Positions 61,438 through 64,000 of a stretch of 64,000 bases of DNA are shown piece by piece (position 1 is the first letter of the stretch; every line of letters starts with the position of its first letter). The position numbers and the translations under genes were made by a program. Under the pieces are notes generated by a model, which saw only the letters and a list, made by a program, of their open reading frames with translations, had not been told where the DNA came from and did not search any database. The DNA comes from Podarcis gaigeae (Eukaryota), in NCBI GenBank assembly GCA_964106915.2, contig OZ066924.1; one strand, given 5' to 3'.

Positions 61438-64000
61438 TGTCCTGCCACCTGATGCCCCAAATCTTCCTGATGCGGTGCATTCCATAAAGCAGCATACTCA
61501 GCACACAAGCAGATCTTCATCTTGGCATTGGTTGTTAGCATCACATTCTCCCATATCCTTTTGGAGAGGCGATCCATTGCAATAGCTGCCTTGACAATAA
61601 ACACATCCAGCTTAGCATCAAGGAAAAGTTTGCTGGTTATGGTGGAACCCAGGTAGACAAAATCATCTACCATCTCAAGTGTGTGGTTACTGTGTGAAAT
61701 GCTGGTGGCATCCTAATCTTTGTTAGGCTGATAGTAAGGCCGAACTTCCTGCAGGCTTAGTGGTAGTAGTAGTAGTAGAAATAGTTGCTGTTGTCTGGAG
61801 TGGTGAGAAAATGAAAAAATTACATGGATACACATTCAGCTGCATGTTGTTACAATATTTCTTCAGCTCACAAAGATGGAAATGAAGTTAGCATACACAG
61901 AGATGGTAGAGATGGGGCTTGCAGGTGTGTCCCTCCCCATTTTAAGCCAACAGTTGTTCACCCCAATGGTTGGATAGGGCTAATAGTAAAGCAGTTCCCT
62001 TTTAAAAATCCCAGATACAAGAACTGGGTTCTTGGTTGAAGAAAATATTAAGCCAATTGGTTTCCTATTTTAGGAAACTTTATGAAATCATTTACATTGT
62101 CAACTCTGTATGTAATGTGATTGTAATATCTAGTCATTCTACTCTGCTGCTAGAGATTCAGTCTTGTGCCTCTCCACTTTGCAAGTTATACTACTTAGCA
62201 AAAGAAAAAGTATAAAGAAGATGTCTTGGCTCACTGAAAATTTCAAGGGAAGAAAAGATTCCACTTTTAAAATAACCTCAGTTGAATATGTGAAATGAGG
62301 TTCTTCAGAATTTATTTTTAGCAACGCTTGTTTGGTTTTTCCGGCCAGTGTTTAATATGTAATGCTGGTCAGAGAAATAAGAGGTATGGGCATGGATTAG
62401 AACCTTTTAAAGTGATTAGGAAACACTTCAGCCTTTGATAAGTGAGCTGCACTAGGTTCGACCTCTTGCATGGTAATAATAAACAATACCTGCTAACAGT
62501 TTCCAGGGAGGTTTATCAAAAGCTGCTGTTTTTACTAGACAAAATCAGGAGCCAAAAGCTTAAAAAATACTCAGTGCAACTTGAAATTGCTTTTATGCAG
62601 AGCAGAAGTTGTATGGAACCTGTTTCCAAGGCCACTAAACAAATTACCCTGCAAGTGGTTTGGGATGGACAAATCTTGTCAATTTCAGTTTCTCGTTTTT
62701 CCAGTCTTAAATTTGGTTTAGCACATTTCCATATCAGTTTGATCTTTTTTTTAAAAAAAAGTTAGCATTTTAGTTCTCCTACCATACACATTTTGTAGGA
62801 TCTGATGCCTTTTGACATGCTATTTTCACCAATATGTACATTTTGTGTACACTTGCCCTCAATGCAAGCAATGTATATGGATTTCAAATAACAGCTACAT
62901 TTGGGTGGGTGTTGTTGTTTTGAATTAGATAGGTTCACATTTTAATGTGAACCAAATAGAATTACTTCCCAAACCCTACTGAGGGTAGAATATGAGTTAG
63001 CGAGACAGCCACACACCCATCTCTGGATCCCATCTCATGTGAGTTTCTCACTAAAGAGGAATTTCAGCACGGGCCTCCTGTATCCTCACATACTTCCTGT
63101 CCAATAAAGAAGTAATCTCCAACTGGAAAATGCTTGCACATATTTATATGCATCACATTGCAGTTTTGTTTGTTTAGTTATTTATTGCTGCACCTACACC
63201 AATGGGAAAGGTGATACATTCAAACCTGACTCATGTTTTTTGGAAACTTGGTTTTAAAAAATCACAATAAGGAAACATTGTGATGAGTGTGCTAGTTCTG
63301 CTCCCCCCCCCCCTTCTCCCTGGACTTTCCACAATGGAGAGTAACCATCTGAATCGAGGTGCTTGCTTCTGTACAGAACTACCTCCCTGTGTGATGTAAA
63401 ATCCTGATATTCCAGGTTACTGCATTGCTTAGAGAGGTTACAGGAGTAGAAGCAGATTCACAAATACATCCCTGTGATTTATGCTGTTGCTTTACTCAGC
63501 TTTCCTAGTGCCTAAATATGGTTTCATTAGAAACCCAATCAGCATACCTGGTATTTGTTCAAAGTTTTCAGAAATATGAAACAACAACAACAAACAAACA
63601 AAACCAATCCTAAATGGGGCAGATAGTCCTTGAAGTACAGTGACTCTAGGCTATGGCAAGCTTTATGAAGATCAAGCTCAGCACTTTGAATTATGTTTGG
63701 ATGCAGATGAGAAGTCATTGCAGCTGTTTTAAGACTAGAGTGATGTGTTCTGCCAGCTTATCTGTTGGGTAGGAAGGTGGGTTAAGAAGCTGGAGAAAAC
63801 ATGCTGCTCCGAGTAGCAACAGTGATATCAAGGCTGTGCTAATCAGCCCTGTCCCTGATTGTGATCCTCTGCGTTCAGGCATTCAGATCTAAGTAATCAT
63901 AAAACTCTGAGAGCCATCTTTCAAGCACTTCCCCTCTTGGGAAAACAACACAAAACAAAACTGGGATGATCAATGAGCCTACAGCAGTCACTTAAGGGAA

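Larger units (their letters stand above)
60500..61758 (-). mobile_element. RTE-clade LINE fragment interrupted by a MITE and a solo LTR
   Basis: Translations VDDFVYLGSTIT..AAIAMDRLSKRIWEN..LTTNAKMKI and IPSMF..RR.HWLGQVHRMDYGRIPKDVLCGE. Confidence 0.85.

Overview
AT-rich eukaryotic (vertebrate) genomic DNA. The repeat content points to a squamate, most likely a lacertid lizard (inference): Sauria/Squam1 SINEs, Squam3-type SINEs, BovB, CR1, L2, L1, RTE, RTE-X, URR1/SPIN-like hAT MITEs, Tigger-like MITEs, solo LTRs and DIRS-like remnants. I recognise no host protein-coding exon, intact RNA gene or intact autonomous element. Every convincing ORF is a fragment of a decayed non-LTR retrotransposon, so the window is probably a large intron or intergenic region. 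Many insertions can be delimited exactly by target-site duplications (TSDs) and several are nested. The most distinctive structure is a Penelope-like terminal remnant at 10350-10563. It forms a perfect 87-bp inverted repeat, carries a minimal hammerhead-ribozyme core (CUGAAGA-helix II-GAAAC-GUC), and sits inside the (TA)n tail of an L1 fragment. Also notable are a ~120-nt pre-miRNA-like hairpin inside a Tigger-like MITE, three ~136-bp hAT MITEs that share a core but have different termini (one SPIN-like), three solo LTRs with GTC-containing 5-bp TSDs, and several repeat-free, motif-rich blocks that could be enhancers. Family names come from recalled consensus features, not from database searches.
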